A stretch of DNA of 32,000 nucleotides from Megasphaera elsdenii DSM 20460 (GCF_003010495.1 NZ_CP027570.1:2340001-2372000); one strand, 5' to 3'; positions 1 through 9,193 are shown, counted from the stretch's first letter. Program-made: numbers and translations. Notes: generated by a model from the letters alone, not told the origin.

Positions 1-114
1 CCGCATGGTGCCGCCGGTGGAGATGATTTCGATGCCGAGGTCTGCCAGGGCTTTGCCCAGTTCGACGACGCCCGTCTTATCAGATACACTAATGAGTGCG
101 CGTTTTACTTTCAT
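1..114 (-). CDS. purH: Bifunctional AICAR transformylase/IMP cyclohydrolase PurH; first 38 codons only, gene runs off the left edge
   Basis: Minus-strand ATG at 112-114 preceded by AGGAGG. Translation [38 protein letters not shown] has the conserved PurH N-terminal pattern (SVSDKTG, STGGT). It follows purN in operon order. Confidence 0.85.
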   Translation of the reverse strand, partial: MKVKRALISVSDKTGVVELGKALADLGIEIISTGGTMR

Positions 115-133
115 GGAAAATTCCTCCTATTCC

Positions 134-748
134 CTATTCCTGAGTCCCTTTGACGACATTGCCGTCGATAGTCAATTTATCATCGCAAAAGAGTGCTGCC
201 GCTCTGACGTAGGTCGGATGTTCCTTGGTGAGGATCCGGGCAGCCAGCGTATCTTCCGTATCGTCTTCGTAGACCGGTACGGCCGACTGCAAGATGATCG
301 GGCCGGCGTCCATGTCGGGTACGACGAAATGGACCGTGCAGCCAGCGATCTTGACGCCGGCTTCGACGGCCTGGCGCTGGGCGTGAAGACCTCGGAACGA
401 CGGCAACAGGGCCGGATGGATATTGAGCATCTTGTGTTCATAATGGGAAATGAAATCACCGCTCAAGAGGCGCATGAAGCCGGCCAGGCAGATGACGTCG
501 GCCTGATACGGTTCGATGGCGTCGAGGATGTATTTTTCAAAAGCTTCTTTCGAGTCGAAGGATTTGCGGTCAGCCAGAATGACCGGTACGCCCCATTCCT
601 TAGCCCGGTCCATGACCGGTGCGCCTGGGATATCGCAGACCAGGGCCTTGATTTCCGCATTGATCTTGCCATCTTCGACGGCATCGTGGAGGGCGATGGC
701 ATTGGAGCCGCGGCCCGATGCGAAAATGACCATTTTCTTCTTAGTCAT
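134..748 (-). CDS. purN: Phosphoribosylglycinamide formyltransferase (GAR transformylase)
   Basis: 204 aa ORF with VIFASGRGSN, NIHPALLPSF and GCTVHFV motifs typical of PurN. GGAGG lies 8 nt upstream of the ATG. The ORF overlaps the purM stop by 8 nt. Confidence 0.9.
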   Translation of the reverse strand: MTKKKMVIFASGRGSNAIALHDAVEDGKINAEIKALVCDIPGAPVMDRAKEWGVPVILADRKSFDSKEAFEKYILDAIEPYQADVICLAGFMRLLSGDFISHYEHKMLNIHPALLPSFRGLHAQRQAVEAGVKIAGCTVHFVVPDMDAGPIILQSAVPVYEDDTEDTLAARILTKEHPTYVRAAALFCDDKLTIDGNVVKGTQE

Positions 749-1805
749 GGAATACGCCTCCCCGCAAGGTTACGGGTACGTCGGAATCGACGACTTTGCC
801 GATGACATAGGCCTTTTCATCGCGGTCTGCCAGATTCTTGAGGACGGCATCTGCGTCTTTTTCATCGACGATCATGATCATGCCGATGCCCATGTTGAAG
901 GTACGGTACATTTCCTTGGCATCGACGTTGCCCCACTTCTGGAGGAGCCCGAAAATCGGCAGCTGCGGCCACGACGTGACGTCGATGTCGACGCCGACGC
1001 CTTTCGGCAGGACGCGGGGGATGTTTTCATAGAAGCCGCCGCCTGTGATGTGGACCATGCCCTTGACGGTGAAGTTCTTGATAATCGGCAGGCACGGACG
1101 CGGATAGAGACGGGTCGGCGTGAGCAGGCATTCACCGATGGTCATGCCCAGTTCGTCGACGTACTGGTCGAGCTTCATGTTCTGCCGTTCGAGGACGATC
1201 TTGCGGACCAGGGAGAAGCCGTTGGAGTGGACCCCAGTCGAAGGCAGGCCGATGAGGACGTCGCCGGCTTTGATGTTTTCACCGGTAATGACCTTGTCGC
1301 GGTCGACGATGCCGACGCCGAAGCCAGCCAGGTCATAGTCGTCTTTGGCATAGAAACCGGCCATTTCAGCCGTTTCGCCGCCGAGGAGAGCGCAGCCCGA
1401 TTCCTGGCAGGCATTAGCAACGCCTTTGACGATAGTTGCAACCTGTACCGGGTCGAGCTTGCCGACAGCGATGTAGTCCAGGAAAAAGAGCGGTTCTGCG
1501 CCCTGGACGAGGACATCATTGATGGACATAGCGACGCAGTCCTGGCCGACTGTATCGTGCTTGCCCATCATGATGGCCAGGCGCAGCTTGGTGCCGACAC
1601 CGTCGGTGCCGCTGACCAGGATGGGTTTCTTGATGTCGCTGTTCATCAGGGAAAAGAGACCGCCGAAACCGCCCAGGTCGCCGAGGACTTCCGGACGGTA
1701 CGTGGCTTTGACCGAATCTTTCATCAATTCTACGGCTTTGTTGCCAGCATCGATGTCGACACCGGCATCAGCATAAGTCAATCCTTTATTTGTGTTCGAG
1801 AGCAT
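741..1805 (-). CDS. purM: Phosphoribosylformylglycinamidine cyclo-ligase (AIR synthetase)
   Basis: The ORF contains GLTYADAGVDIDAGN and SGTDGVGTK motifs. I trimmed the track start at 1823 to the ATG at 1803-1805, which has GGAAGGAG 6 nt upstream. Confidence 0.9.
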   Translation of the reverse strand: MLSNTNKGLTYADAGVDIDAGNKAVELMKDSVKATYRPEVLGDLGGFGGLFSLMNSDIKKPILVSGTDGVGTKLRLAIMMGKHDTVGQDCVAMSINDVLVQGAEPLFFLDYIAVGKLDPVQVATIVKGVANACQESGCALLGGETAEMAGFYAKDDYDLAGFGVGIVDRDKVITGENIKAGDVLIGLPSTGVHSNGFSLVRKIVLERQNMKLDQYVDELGMTIGECLLTPTRLYPRPCLPIIKNFTVKGMVHITGGGFYENIPRVLPKGVGVDIDVTSWPQLPIFGLLQKWGNVDAKEMYRTFNMGIGMIMIVDEKDADAVLKNLADRDEKAYVIGKVVDSDVPVTLRGGVFHD

Positions 1806-3213
1806 ATTTTTCTCCTTCCTCATTGGCCTGCGGAGTTTCCGTAGGATAGTCGTTGTTGAAGCAAGCTAAGCACATATCTTCCTTGGGGATATGTTCGACA
1901 GCCCGGTTAAGGCCATCGATGGAAATGAAATGGAGTTTGTCGACGCCGATGTACTTCTGGATCTGTTCGACACTGAACGTCGAAGCGATGAGTTCCTTGC
2001 GGACCGACGTGTCGATACCGTAGAAGCAGGGGTATTTGATAGGCGGTGCCGATACGCACATGTAGACTTCCTTGGCGCCGGCTTCGCGCAGGAGCTTGCA
2101 GATGATGCCGCTCGTCGTGCCGCGGACGATGGAGTCGTCGACCATGACGATCCGCTTGCCCTTGACGACGGACTTGACGACGTTCAATTTCATGCGGACT
2201 GCCAGTTCACGCTGTTTCTGGTTCGGCTTGATGAAGGTACGGCCCATGTAGCGGTTCTTGATGAGGCCGTGCTTGAAGGGGATGCCTGAAGCCTGGGCAT
2301 AGCCGATGGCCGCCGTGTTGCCGCTGTCCGGGACGGAAATGACGATATCCGCATCATACTGCGTTTCGTTCCACATTTCCCGGCCCATGTTCAGGCGAGC
2401 CTGATAGACATCCTGGCCGTCGATGACACTGTCCGGACGGGCGAAGTAAATGTATTCGAAGGAACAGACCTGCTTGCGCGGTGCCTTGGCAAAAATCGAC
2501 GATTTGACGCCTTTTTCGTTGATCTGGACAAATTCGCCAGGCTGTACGTCGCGGACAAACTTGGCACCGATGGCGTCGAGGGCACACGTTTCCGAAGCCA
2601 GGACCCAGCCGCCTTCATCGGTACGGCCGATGCAGAGCGGGCGGAAACCGTAGGGGTCGCGGACGCCGTAGAGCGTATCTTTCGTCATGAGTACCAGCGA
2701 GTACGCCCCCTGGATGCGGTTCATGCTTTCCATGATGCGTTCTTCGATGGTGTCTTTCTGGCTGCGGCTGATGAGGTTGACGATGATTTCACTGTCCATG
2801 GTCGTCTGGAACGTCGCGCCGCCGCGGTCCAGTTCTTCCCGCAGGACCCGCGTATTGGTCAGGTTGCCGTTGTGCGCCAGGGCCAGCTGTCCCATGGGCG
2901 TGTATACGGCCAGGGGCTGGATGTTGCGGGGATTATTGGAGCCTGTCGTCGAATAGCGGACGTGGCCGATACCGACAGGGCCGCCTTCTTCGTCAGGTAC
3001 GCCGTTGGCGAAGACCGTGCTGATGAGGCCCATGCCGCGGAACGTATGGATATCCTGGCCGTCAGTCAGGGCGATGCCGCCGCTTTCCTGGCCACGATGC
3101 TGTAATGCGAACAACCCCCAGTAGATATAGCGGGGAATATCGAGGTGTTTATCGTAAATACCTAAGACACCACATTCTTCATGCTGCTTATCCCAAATCG
3201 GATCGTAAAACAT
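1786..3213 (-). CDS. purF: Amidophosphoribosyltransferase (glutamine PRPP amidotransferase)
   Basis: 475 aa. A short propeptide precedes the Ntn cysteine (EECGVLGIY). PRTase loop VMVDDSIVRGTT is present. The 3' end overlaps the purM start. Confidence 0.92.
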   Translation of the reverse strand: MFYDPIWDKQHEECGVLGIYDKHLDIPRYIYWGLFALQHRGQESGGIALTDGQDIHTFRGMGLISTVFANGVPDEEGGPVGIGHVRYSTTGSNNPRNIQPLAVYTPMGQLALAHNGNLTNTRVLREELDRGGATFQTTMDSEIIVNLISRSQKDTIEERIMESMNRIQGAYSLVLMTKDTLYGVRDPYGFRPLCIGRTDEGGWVLASETCALDAIGAKFVRDVQPGEFVQINEKGVKSSIFAKAPRKQVCSFEYIYFARPDSVIDGQDVYQARLNMGREMWNETQYDADIVISVPDSGNTAAIGYAQASGIPFKHGLIKNRYMGRTFIKPNQKQRELAVRMKLNVVKSVVKGKRIVMVDDSIVRGTTSGIICKLLREAGAKEVYMCVSAPPIKYPCFYGIDTSVRKELIASTFSVEQIQKYIGVDKLHFISIDGLNRAVEHIPKEDMCLACFNNDYPTETPQANEEGEKYALEHK

Positions 3214-3257
3214 GAATTAAACCTCCTGTTATAACGAAAAATAGTCTGTACATGCCC

Positions 3258-3752
3258 TTAGAGGGACTTTACGGTTTCTTGCAATTTCTGGTTCTTTTCC
3301 ATGACTTCTTTAGCCATGTTTTCGCGGTATGCCTTGTATTTCTTAGCTAATCCGGCATCGCTGGCAGCGCCGATCTGTACAGCCAGGAGCGCTCCGTTCT
3401 TGGCACCGTTGATGGCGACGGTGGCAACGGGAATACCCGACGGCATCTGGACGATGGCCAGCAGCGCATCCATGCCCTGGAGGCTGCCGCTTTCCAAGGG
3501 GACACCGATGACGGGCAGCGTCGTATAGCTGGCAACGACACCGGGCAGATGAGCGGCCATGCCGGCACCGACGACAAAGGCACTGATGCCCCGTTCTTCG
3601 GCTGTCGAAACGAATTCCCGGACAGCTGCCGGCGTGCGGTGGGCCGACGCTAACAAGACTTCATATTCAACACCAAATTCTTTAAAAATAGCAATCGCTT
3701 TTTTCATAACGGGAAAATCAGAATCGCTTCCCATGATCAAACCGACCTTCAA
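3258..3752 (-). CDS. purE: 5-(carboxyamino)imidazole ribonucleotide mutase
   Basis: 164 aa with [11 protein letters not shown] and SAHRTP motifs. The start appears to be TTG at 3750-3752, with AAGGAGG 7-8 nt upstream. Confidence 0.9.
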   Translation of the reverse strand: MKVGLIMGSDSDFPVMKKAIAIFKEFGVEYEVLLASAHRTPAAVREFVSTAEERGISAFVVGAGMAAHLPGVVASYTTLPVIGVPLESGSLQGMDALLAIVQMPSGIPVATVAINGAKNGALLAVQIGAASDAGLAKKYKAYRENMAKEVMEKNQKLQETVKSL

Positions 3753-3765
3753 CAGAGACCCCTCC

Positions 3766-3812
3766 TTAGAAAAACAAAACCCAAAAGTGACGCAGTATCA
3801 CCTTTGGGTTTT
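3766..3812 (-). terminator. Intrinsic terminator hairpin inside the purE 5' leader (attenuator-type)
   Basis: Minus strand reads AAAACCCAAAGGTGA-tactgcg-TCACTTTTGGGTTTT followed by GTTTTTT. That is 15 bp with one G-U pair. It ends about 12 nt before the purE ribosome-binding site. Confidence 0.75.
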
Positions 3813-3917
3813 CAGTTAGACACACGGAGACTGTTTACAAACGGCAAAGAACCTGTCCATAAACGTCTTGTCATAGTGCATCTCCTTATTGATTGAAAGA
3901 TTATCAAACACACTTTG

Positions 3918-3946
3918 ATTCTATCAAAAACCTACGAGGCTGTCAA
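3918..3946 (-). promoter_or_regulatory. Sigma-70-type promoter of the pur operon
   Basis: Minus strand has TTGACA (3941-3946), a 17 nt spacer, then TAGAAT (3918-3923). This predicts a leader of about 155 nt before purE. Confidence 0.6.
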
Positions 3947-4035
3947 TGAAATTTGCCCGTTCCCTCACAGTTTGTACACGGATAACGCCGACTATGGTAC
4001 AATGGGAGGAGATTACCCACACGGAGGGATAGATT

Positions 4036-6567
4036 ATGGAATTAAATGACCAGCAGCAGCAAGTCGTCCGCGACCTGTCGCAGCCCATCCTGCTCAACGC
4101 CCCGGCCGGCACGGGCAAGACCCGTGTCCTGGCCTGCCGGGTCGCCCATATCCTGGAAACGAAGGCCGCTGAAGGCGCGCAGATACTCTGTCTGACCTTC
4201 ACCAACCGGGCCTGCAAGGAGCTGAAGGAACGCATCGTCGCTACGGCCCACGAAAAGGGCCTGGACGTCGTCGTCAAGACGATCCACAGTTTCTGTTACA
4301 GCCTCATCAAAGAGGAAACAAAGCGCCAGAGCGACTGTTATAATGATTTTCTCCTCTACGATGACGAAGACTGCCGGCAGCTCATCGACAACCTCCCGGC
4401 GGCGGCGGCGGCACCGGGCAATGACACCCAGGCCCTGCAGAACTATATCGAATTTGCCAAGAAACAGCGCGTCCTCCCGGACCTCCACGATTTCACGGCG
4501 CCGAAAGAACCCCTCCAGGCCTGGCTCCATGACCACGGCGACGACCTCGTCCGGCAATACGATGCCGTCCTGGCCGACAACCACGCCGTCGATTTCACGG
4601 ACCTCATCACCGGCGCCTATGACTTCCTCACAGACAAAGCCTGCTGCCAGCGCTGGCGGGACCGGTTCCGCTTCATCGCCGTCGATGAAATGCAGGACAC
4701 GAGCGAAGTCGAATACGCCGTCATCAGCCGCCTCTTCCCCGGCCGCAACGTCCTCCTCTGCGGCGATTACTTCCAGACCATTTACGAATGGCGCGGCTCC
4801 TATCCGGAATACATCCTGGAACAATTCCGCAAGACCTATCATCCCCGGGAAATCACCTTTACGACCAACTACCGGGCTACGCAGCTCCTCTTGAAAGCTG
4901 CCGAAGGCTGCCTGAACCGTCTCTTCGGCCAAGTGACGGTCCACCACATCTATCCCCAGCCCGGCCAGGCCGCAGCCGCCGTTCCCGGTGACCCCATCGT
5001 CGTCCATAAGGCGGACAACTTCATCGGCGAAAGCCGCTGGATCTTCCAGGAACTGATGCGCCTGCCGCAGCAGGAACGACTGAAAGCCTGCGTCCTCGTC
5101 CGTGGCAACCGCCAGGCCCAGCAGCTCTGGACGGGCATCAACGCCCACAACCAGCACTATCCGCCGGAAGACCAGCTGCCCGTGACCTGTATCGACCAGT
5201 TCCACCTGTTCAAGCGCCAGGAATGTAAAGACGTCCTGGCCTACCTGAGGCTGCTCCTGAACAAGCACGATAACCTGAGCCTGAAGCGGATTTTATTGCG
5301 CTTCGTCCCCCGCATCGGCCGGCGAACCGTAGAGACCATCGAAAGCGAATCCTACCGCCGCCTGGGCCTTCGGCTCTGCGACTTCATCGACCCCATTTCC
5401 CAGGAAACGGGCGACCCTTACGGGCTCCTGCTATCAGCCCTGGATGAAGGCCGGATCGTCGTCTTCGACGTCGAAAGCACCGGCACCGACACGACGAGGG
5501 ATGAAATCATCCAGATTGCCGCCGTCCGCCTCGATGCCCAGGGCCAGGTCGCGGACACCTTCAACACCTATGTCCGTGCCAGCCGGCCTGTCGGGGCTTC
5601 CTTCTACGTCCACCACATCAGCGACGAAACCCTGGAGGCCCAGGGGATGGAACCGCGCCAGGCTCTGACGGCCTTCCTGGACTTTGCCAAAGACGCCGTC
5701 ATCGTCGGCCACAACGTCACGTATGACCTGTCCATCCTGCACAGCGAGCTCCAGCGCCTAGGCATGGGCGAAAGCGGCGATTTCCCCTATTACGACACGC
5801 TGGACATCTACCGCCGCTTCTATCCCAACCTCATCAACCACAAACTGGCCACGCTCAGTGAAACCTTCCCCATCGACCATCAGCCATCGCACGACGCCTT
5901 CGACGACATCCTGGCCACGGCCGGCCTCCTATGCTATGCCGTAACGAAACAGATCCGCCCGGCTACGACGGCCCGCCGTTCGTCCCTGGCCATCTACCTG
6001 CCTCTCTTCGCCCCGTTCAGCCGTGACATAGCCCGTTTCCGCCGACAGTCCTATCAGGACCGGCCCATAGACCTCATCGCCGCCGTCATGAACGAAGGCG
6101 GCGTCAAGGCCTGGTACGAAAGCCATCGCGACCCCAGCGATGCGGCCCAGCACATCGACAGGCTGGAAAATGTCCGCAAGCTCTACCGCATCGCCAAAGA
6201 AACAGACGACCCGGGCCAGGACCCGCGCGACGCCCTGGCAGAATTTCTCAAGCTGACCGCCCTGTCCAACAGCGAACTGGACAGCATGCTGGCCAAGGAC
6301 CCGAAAATTCCCATCATCACCATCCATCAGGCCAAGGGCCTGGAATTCGATTACGTCTTCCTGGCCCATCTGGAAGACCGGGTCTTCCCGACCTTCTGGT
6401 CCGTAAAGAAAGGGAATATAGAAGAAGAAAAACGCCTCTTTTATGTCGCCATTACGCGGGCCAAAAAGAGGCTGTATCTGATCTGGCACGAAGGGAACGG
6501 CAATCAGCGCTATGCGCCGAGCCGCTTCCTCCAGAGCCTGGATTCCCAATATATCGAAGTTAGATGA
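4036..6567 (+). CDS. UvrD/PcrA-like SF1 helicase with an internal DnaQ-like DEDDh 3'-5' exonuclease domain
   Basis: 843 aa. Helicase motifs: APAGTGKT, CLTFTNRACKEL, AVDEMQDTS, CGDYFQTIYEWRGS, TTNYRAT, and C-terminal TIHQAKGLEFDYVFL and YVAITRAKKRLYL. Exonuclease motifs lie between them: VFDVESTG (ExoI), GHNVTYDLSIL (ExoII), HDAFDD (ExoIII, H-x4-D). GGAGGG lies 7 nt upstream of the ATG. Confidence 0.85.
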   Translation: MELNDQQQQVVRDLSQPILLNAPAGTGKTRVLACRVAHILETKAAEGAQILCLTFTNRACKELKERIVATAHEKGLDVVVKTIHSFCYSLIKEETKRQSDCYNDFLLYDDEDCRQLIDNLPAAAAAPGNDTQALQNYIEFAKKQRVLPDLHDFTAPKEPLQAWLHDHGDDLVRQYDAVLADNHAVDFTDLITGAYDFLTDKACCQRWRDRFRFIAVDEMQDTSEVEYAVISRLFPGRNVLLCGDYFQTIYEWRGSYPEYILEQFRKTYHPREITFTTNYRATQLLLKAAEGCLNRLFGQVTVHHIYPQPGQAAAAVPGDPIVVHKADNFIGESRWIFQELMRLPQQERLKACVLVRGNRQAQQLWTGINAHNQHYPPEDQLPVTCIDQFHLFKRQECKDVLAYLRLLLNKHDNLSLKRILLRFVPRIGRRTVETIESESYRRLGLRLCDFIDPISQETGDPYGLLLSALDEGRIVVFDVESTGTDTTRDEIIQIAAVRLDAQGQVADTFNTYVRASRPVGASFYVHHISDETLEAQGMEPRQALTAFLDFAKDAVIVGHNVTYDLSILHSELQRLGMGESGDFPYYDTLDIYRRFYPNLINHKLATLSETFPIDHQPSHDAFDDILATAGLLCYAVTKQIRPATTARRSSLAIYLPLFAPFSRDIARFRRQSYQDRPIDLIAAVMNEGGVKAWYESHRDPSDAAQHIDRLENVRKLYRIAKETDDPGQDPRDALAEFLKLTALSNSELDSMLAKDPKIPIITIHQAKGLEFDYVFLAHLEDRVFPTFWSVKKGNIEEEKRLFYVAITRAKKRLYLIWHEGNGNQRYAPSRFLQSLDSQYIEVR

Positions 6568-7126
6568 GGCCGGCTATGCCTAAGACCAGGCCTAAGACGC
6601 CGGACCCGATGAGGACCTTGATGACGCCGATCTTGCGGCGCGTGGCTGCAATGGCCAGGATGAGTATGGCCAGACCGCCGAGACTGAAGGCCGACCAGTC
6701 GTCGGGCAGGGTTTCCGTATTCCACAGGGCCAGGAGGATGAAGCTCAGGCTGGCGACGCAGATGAGGGCGACCACTGCCGGCCGCAGGCCATTGAGGATG
6801 CCCCGGATTGGACCGATGTCGCCATACTTGAGGAAGACGCGTGCTAAAATAATCCCCAAGAAGAACGACGGCGTGACGAAGCCCAGGGTGGCTGCAACAG
6901 CCCCGCCCAGCCCGGCGATCTTGGTGCCGACAAAGGTAGCGGCATTGATGCCGATCGGTCCCGGAGTCATCTGAGAAATGGTGAATATATCGACAAATTC
7001 GCTCATAGAGAGCCAATGGAAGGTATCGACGACACTGGCCTGGATCAGCGGCATGGAAGCATAACCGCCGCCGACGCAGAAGGCCCCGACTTTACAGAAT
7101 TCCCAAAAAAGCAACAAATATATCAT
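6560..7126 (-). CDS. Chromate transporter family protein (half-size CHR, C-terminal partner)
   Basis: 188 aa polytopic hydrophobic ORF with FCVGGGYASMPLIQ, the CHR signature. It pairs with the upstream half-size gene. It overlaps the convergent helicase gene by 8 nt. Confidence 0.8.
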   Translation of the reverse strand: MIYLLLFWEFCKVGAFCVGGGYASMPLIQASVVDTFHWLSMSEFVDIFTISQMTPGPIGINAATFVGTKIAGLGGAVAATLGFVTPSFFLGIILARVFLKYGDIGPIRGILNGLRPAVVALICVASLSFILLALWNTETLPDDWSAFSLGGLAILILAIAATRRKIGVIKVLIGSGVLGLVLGIAGLI

Positions 7127-7141
7127 AATAAGTCCCTCCCC

Positions 7142-7717
7142 TTAGTCGTACTTCTTATCGCGCATGAAGGCGAAGCCGATGATGCCGTCAATGATGATGA
7201 GCACCATGATATTGACATCGAAGCACAAGTTGGCAATGAACGTCGCCACGATGATGGCCAGGGGCAGGAGCAATCTCTTCTTGCCCTGCTTGATGAGGAG
7301 GTCGATGCCGACGTTGACGATGAGCGCCGTCGCCCCGCACTGCATGCCGCGGAGGATCATCTTGATATATAAGTTCTGGATAAAGAAATCATAGCAGTAT
7401 GAAATGATCGACAGCGTAATCAGACAGGGCAGCACCGTAGCCACCAGAGCGACCAGCGTCCCCAGGACCCCAGCCATGCGATAGCCCAGGATGACGGCAC
7501 TGTTGACGGCGATGACGCCTGGCATGGACTGGGCAATGGCTACCATGTCGAGGGTATCCTTGTCGTCGATCCAATGGTATTCATCGACGTATTTCCCTTT
7601 CAGCAGGGGAATAATGACGAAGCCTCCGCCGACGGTGAAGGCACTGATTAAAAAGGTCGATTTGAACAGGGTCCAAAAGAAATGGGCATCCCGTTTCGGT
7701 GTCACAATTTCGTTCAT
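7142..7717 (-). CDS. Chromate transporter family protein (half-size CHR, N-terminal partner)
   Basis: 191 aa hydrophobic ORF with FTVGGGFVIIPLL, the CHR signature. Adjacent to its second-half paralogue. Confidence 0.8.
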   Translation of the reverse strand: MNEIVTPKRDAHFFWTLFKSTFLISAFTVGGGFVIIPLLKGKYVDEYHWIDDKDTLDMVAIAQSMPGVIAVNSAVILGYRMAGVLGTLVALVATVLPCLITLSIISYCYDFFIQNLYIKMILRGMQCGATALIVNVGIDLLIKQGKKRLLLPLAIIVATFIANLCFDVNIMVLIIIDGIIGFAFMRDKKYD

Positions 7718-7843
7718 CGTGTATCATTCCTTTCCGGATAGGTATCTTTTCTATGGTCTTAGTATAACACGTCTTTTACTATATTGAAAATATTTGTACA
7801 ATTGATATAATATATGTAAATCATATGTCAAGGAGGCATGGGT

Positions 7844-8722
7844 ATGGATATCCGTCAACTCACTTATTTCATGGTCATCGCCGAAGAAGGCCAGATCACA
7901 GCCGCCGCCCGGCGCCTTCACATGGCCCAGCCGCCGCTGAGCCAGCAGATGAAGGCCCTGGAAGAAGAACTGGGCGTCCAGCTCCTGCAGCGGGAGCCGC
8001 GCAGCGTCACCTTGACCGACGCCGGCGAAATCCTCTACCGCCGGGCCCGGCAGATCGTCACCCTCACCGACTCGACGCGCCGGGAAATCGCCGATTTCAA
8101 GAACGGCCTGCGCGGCACCTTGTCCATCGGGACTGTATCGTCATCGGGCAGCGTCATCCTCCAGCCAGCCCTCCGCCAGTTCCACGACGACCATCGCGGA
8201 ATCCGCTTCGAAATCTACGACGGCAACACCTTCCGCGTCCTGGACATGCTGCGCAAGGGCCTCATCGAAATCGGCATCGTCCGCACGCCCTTTAAGCAGG
8301 ACGCCTTCGACTGCACTCTGCTGCCGGAAGAACCGATGGTCCTGGCCTATACCGAGTCCCTGGCCGACCCCAATCCGGGCCAGCCGTCGATGACTATAGA
8401 ACAACTGCAGGGCCTGCCGCTCATCCTCTACCGCCGCTTCGACCAGCTCTTCCATGACGTCTGCGAAGCCCACAACCTCACACCGAACCTCCTCTGCCGC
8501 AACGACGACGCCCGGACGACCCTGCTCTGGGCCGAAACCGGCCTGGGCTACGCCGTCGTCCCGGCATCGGCCATCTCACCGGCCAGTCGGCCCCAGCTCA
8601 AGACAAAAGCCATCGACGAACCGCGCCTGCGCACCCAATTAGCCGTCATCACCCCAAAACACCGCTACCTGTCCAGCATAGCCCGCCAGTTCATCGATGC
8701 CTTGACCGGTCATGGGGCCTGA
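7844..8722 (+). CDS. LysR-family transcriptional regulator
   Basis: N-terminal winged helix-turn-helix MDIRQLTYFMVIAEEGQITAAARRLHMAQPPLSQQMKALEEELG plus a LysR substrate-binding domain. I moved the start to ATG 7844, with AGGAGG 7 nt upstream. Divergent from the CHR pair. Confidence 0.9.
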   Translation: MDIRQLTYFMVIAEEGQITAAARRLHMAQPPLSQQMKALEEELGVQLLQREPRSVTLTDAGEILYRRARQIVTLTDSTRREIADFKNGLRGTLSIGTVSSSGSVILQPALRQFHDDHRGIRFEIYDGNTFRVLDMLRKGLIEIGIVRTPFKQDAFDCTLLPEEPMVLAYTESLADPNPGQPSMTIEQLQGLPLILYRRFDQLFHDVCEAHNLTPNLLCRNDDARTTLLWAETGLGYAVVPASAISPASRPQLKTKAIDEPRLRTQLAVITPKHRYLSSIARQFIDALTGHGA

Positions 8723-8930
8723 TGGCCCCGCCGTTCTCAGGTCGCAGGCCGCCGTTCGCCTCAGAGCTCATATGCCGCTACGCGAAAACAAACTCAAATT
8801 GACTACATCGCCTCGTAGCCCCCTCAGCTCGTAAAAATGCCCCGTCCAGGGCCTTCGTAGGGGACGGCTAAAAGTCGTCCCGCGTGAATCCTGTGCACAG
8901 CCAAAATTTATGACGGACGACGCCTGATTG
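8723..8930. repeat. Mosaic GC-rich intergenic repeat, locus A
   Basis: Starts right after the LysR stop. It shares modules with 18245-18699, 22347-22640 and 23497-23786. Examples: CCGCCGTTC..GCAGGCCGC, CATCGCCTCG..CTCGT, and GGGGACG-loop-CGTCCC followed by CGTGAATCCTGTGCA..AATTTATGACG. Confidence 0.75.
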
Positions 8931-8981
8931 TAATATAATCATACGTACCCGTAGCAGATAGATGCCATGGCTAAAAAAACG

Positions 8982-9010
8982 TTGACAAACTATTTCATTT
9001 CTTGTATAAT
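8982..9010 (+). promoter_or_regulatory. Consensus sigma-70 promoter of the tRNA operon
   Basis: TTGACA (8982-8987), a 17 nt spacer, then TATAAT (9005-9010), 12 nt upstream of the first tRNA. Confidence 0.75.
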
Positions 9011-9022
9011 ATTTTTTGTTGG

Positions 9023-9099
9023 CGGGGCATAGCGCAGTTTGGTAGCGCACCTGGCTTGGGACCAGGGGGTCGCAGGTTCAAATCCTGCTGCTCCGACCA
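9023..9099 (+). tRNA. tRNA-Pro (anticodon TGG)
   Basis: Hand-folded cloverleaf. Acceptor CGGGGCA/TGCTCCG, anticodon loop CTTGGGA, T-loop GGTTCAAATCC, encoded CCA. Confidence 0.9.
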
Positions 9100-9111
9100 T
9101 TACCGACAAAT

Positions 9112-9185
9112 GCGGGTGTAGCTCAGTGGTAGAGCGCCAGCCTTCCAAGCTGGTTATGTGGGTTCGATTCCCATCACCCGCTCCA
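9112..9185 (+). tRNA. tRNA-Gly (anticodon TCC)
   Basis: Acceptor GCGGGTG/CACCCGC, anticodon stem CCAGC/GCTGG with loop CTTCCAA, T-loop GGTTCGATTCC, encoded CCA. Confidence 0.9.
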
Positions 9186-9193
9186 TTTTTTGA

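Noticed and set aside
516-1844. 442-aa plus-strand ORF opposite purN and purM
   Set aside because: A shadow ORF antisense to two well-supported pur genes in GC-rich DNA, with no motifs and no ribosome-binding site. The same reasoning applies to 5..805.
3816-3910. Canonical guanine/adenine riboswitch in the purE leader
   Set aside because: The expected conserved blocks are not present in order (UAUAAU junction, AUAUGG loop, UUUCUACC junction, CCGUAAAU loop, ACUAUG closing). I could not draw the P2 and P3 helices. I kept it only as an unclassified leader.
4042-5268. 408-aa minus-strand ORF opposite the helicase gene
   Set aside because: A shadow ORF antisense to a gene with complete SF1 motifs. 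The translation is low-complexity and rich in Val, Asp, Gly and Ala.
8868-9050. 60-aa minus-strand ORF
   Set aside because: It overlaps the consensus tRNA promoter and the first tRNA gene. It has no ribosome-binding site and its sequence is composition-driven.
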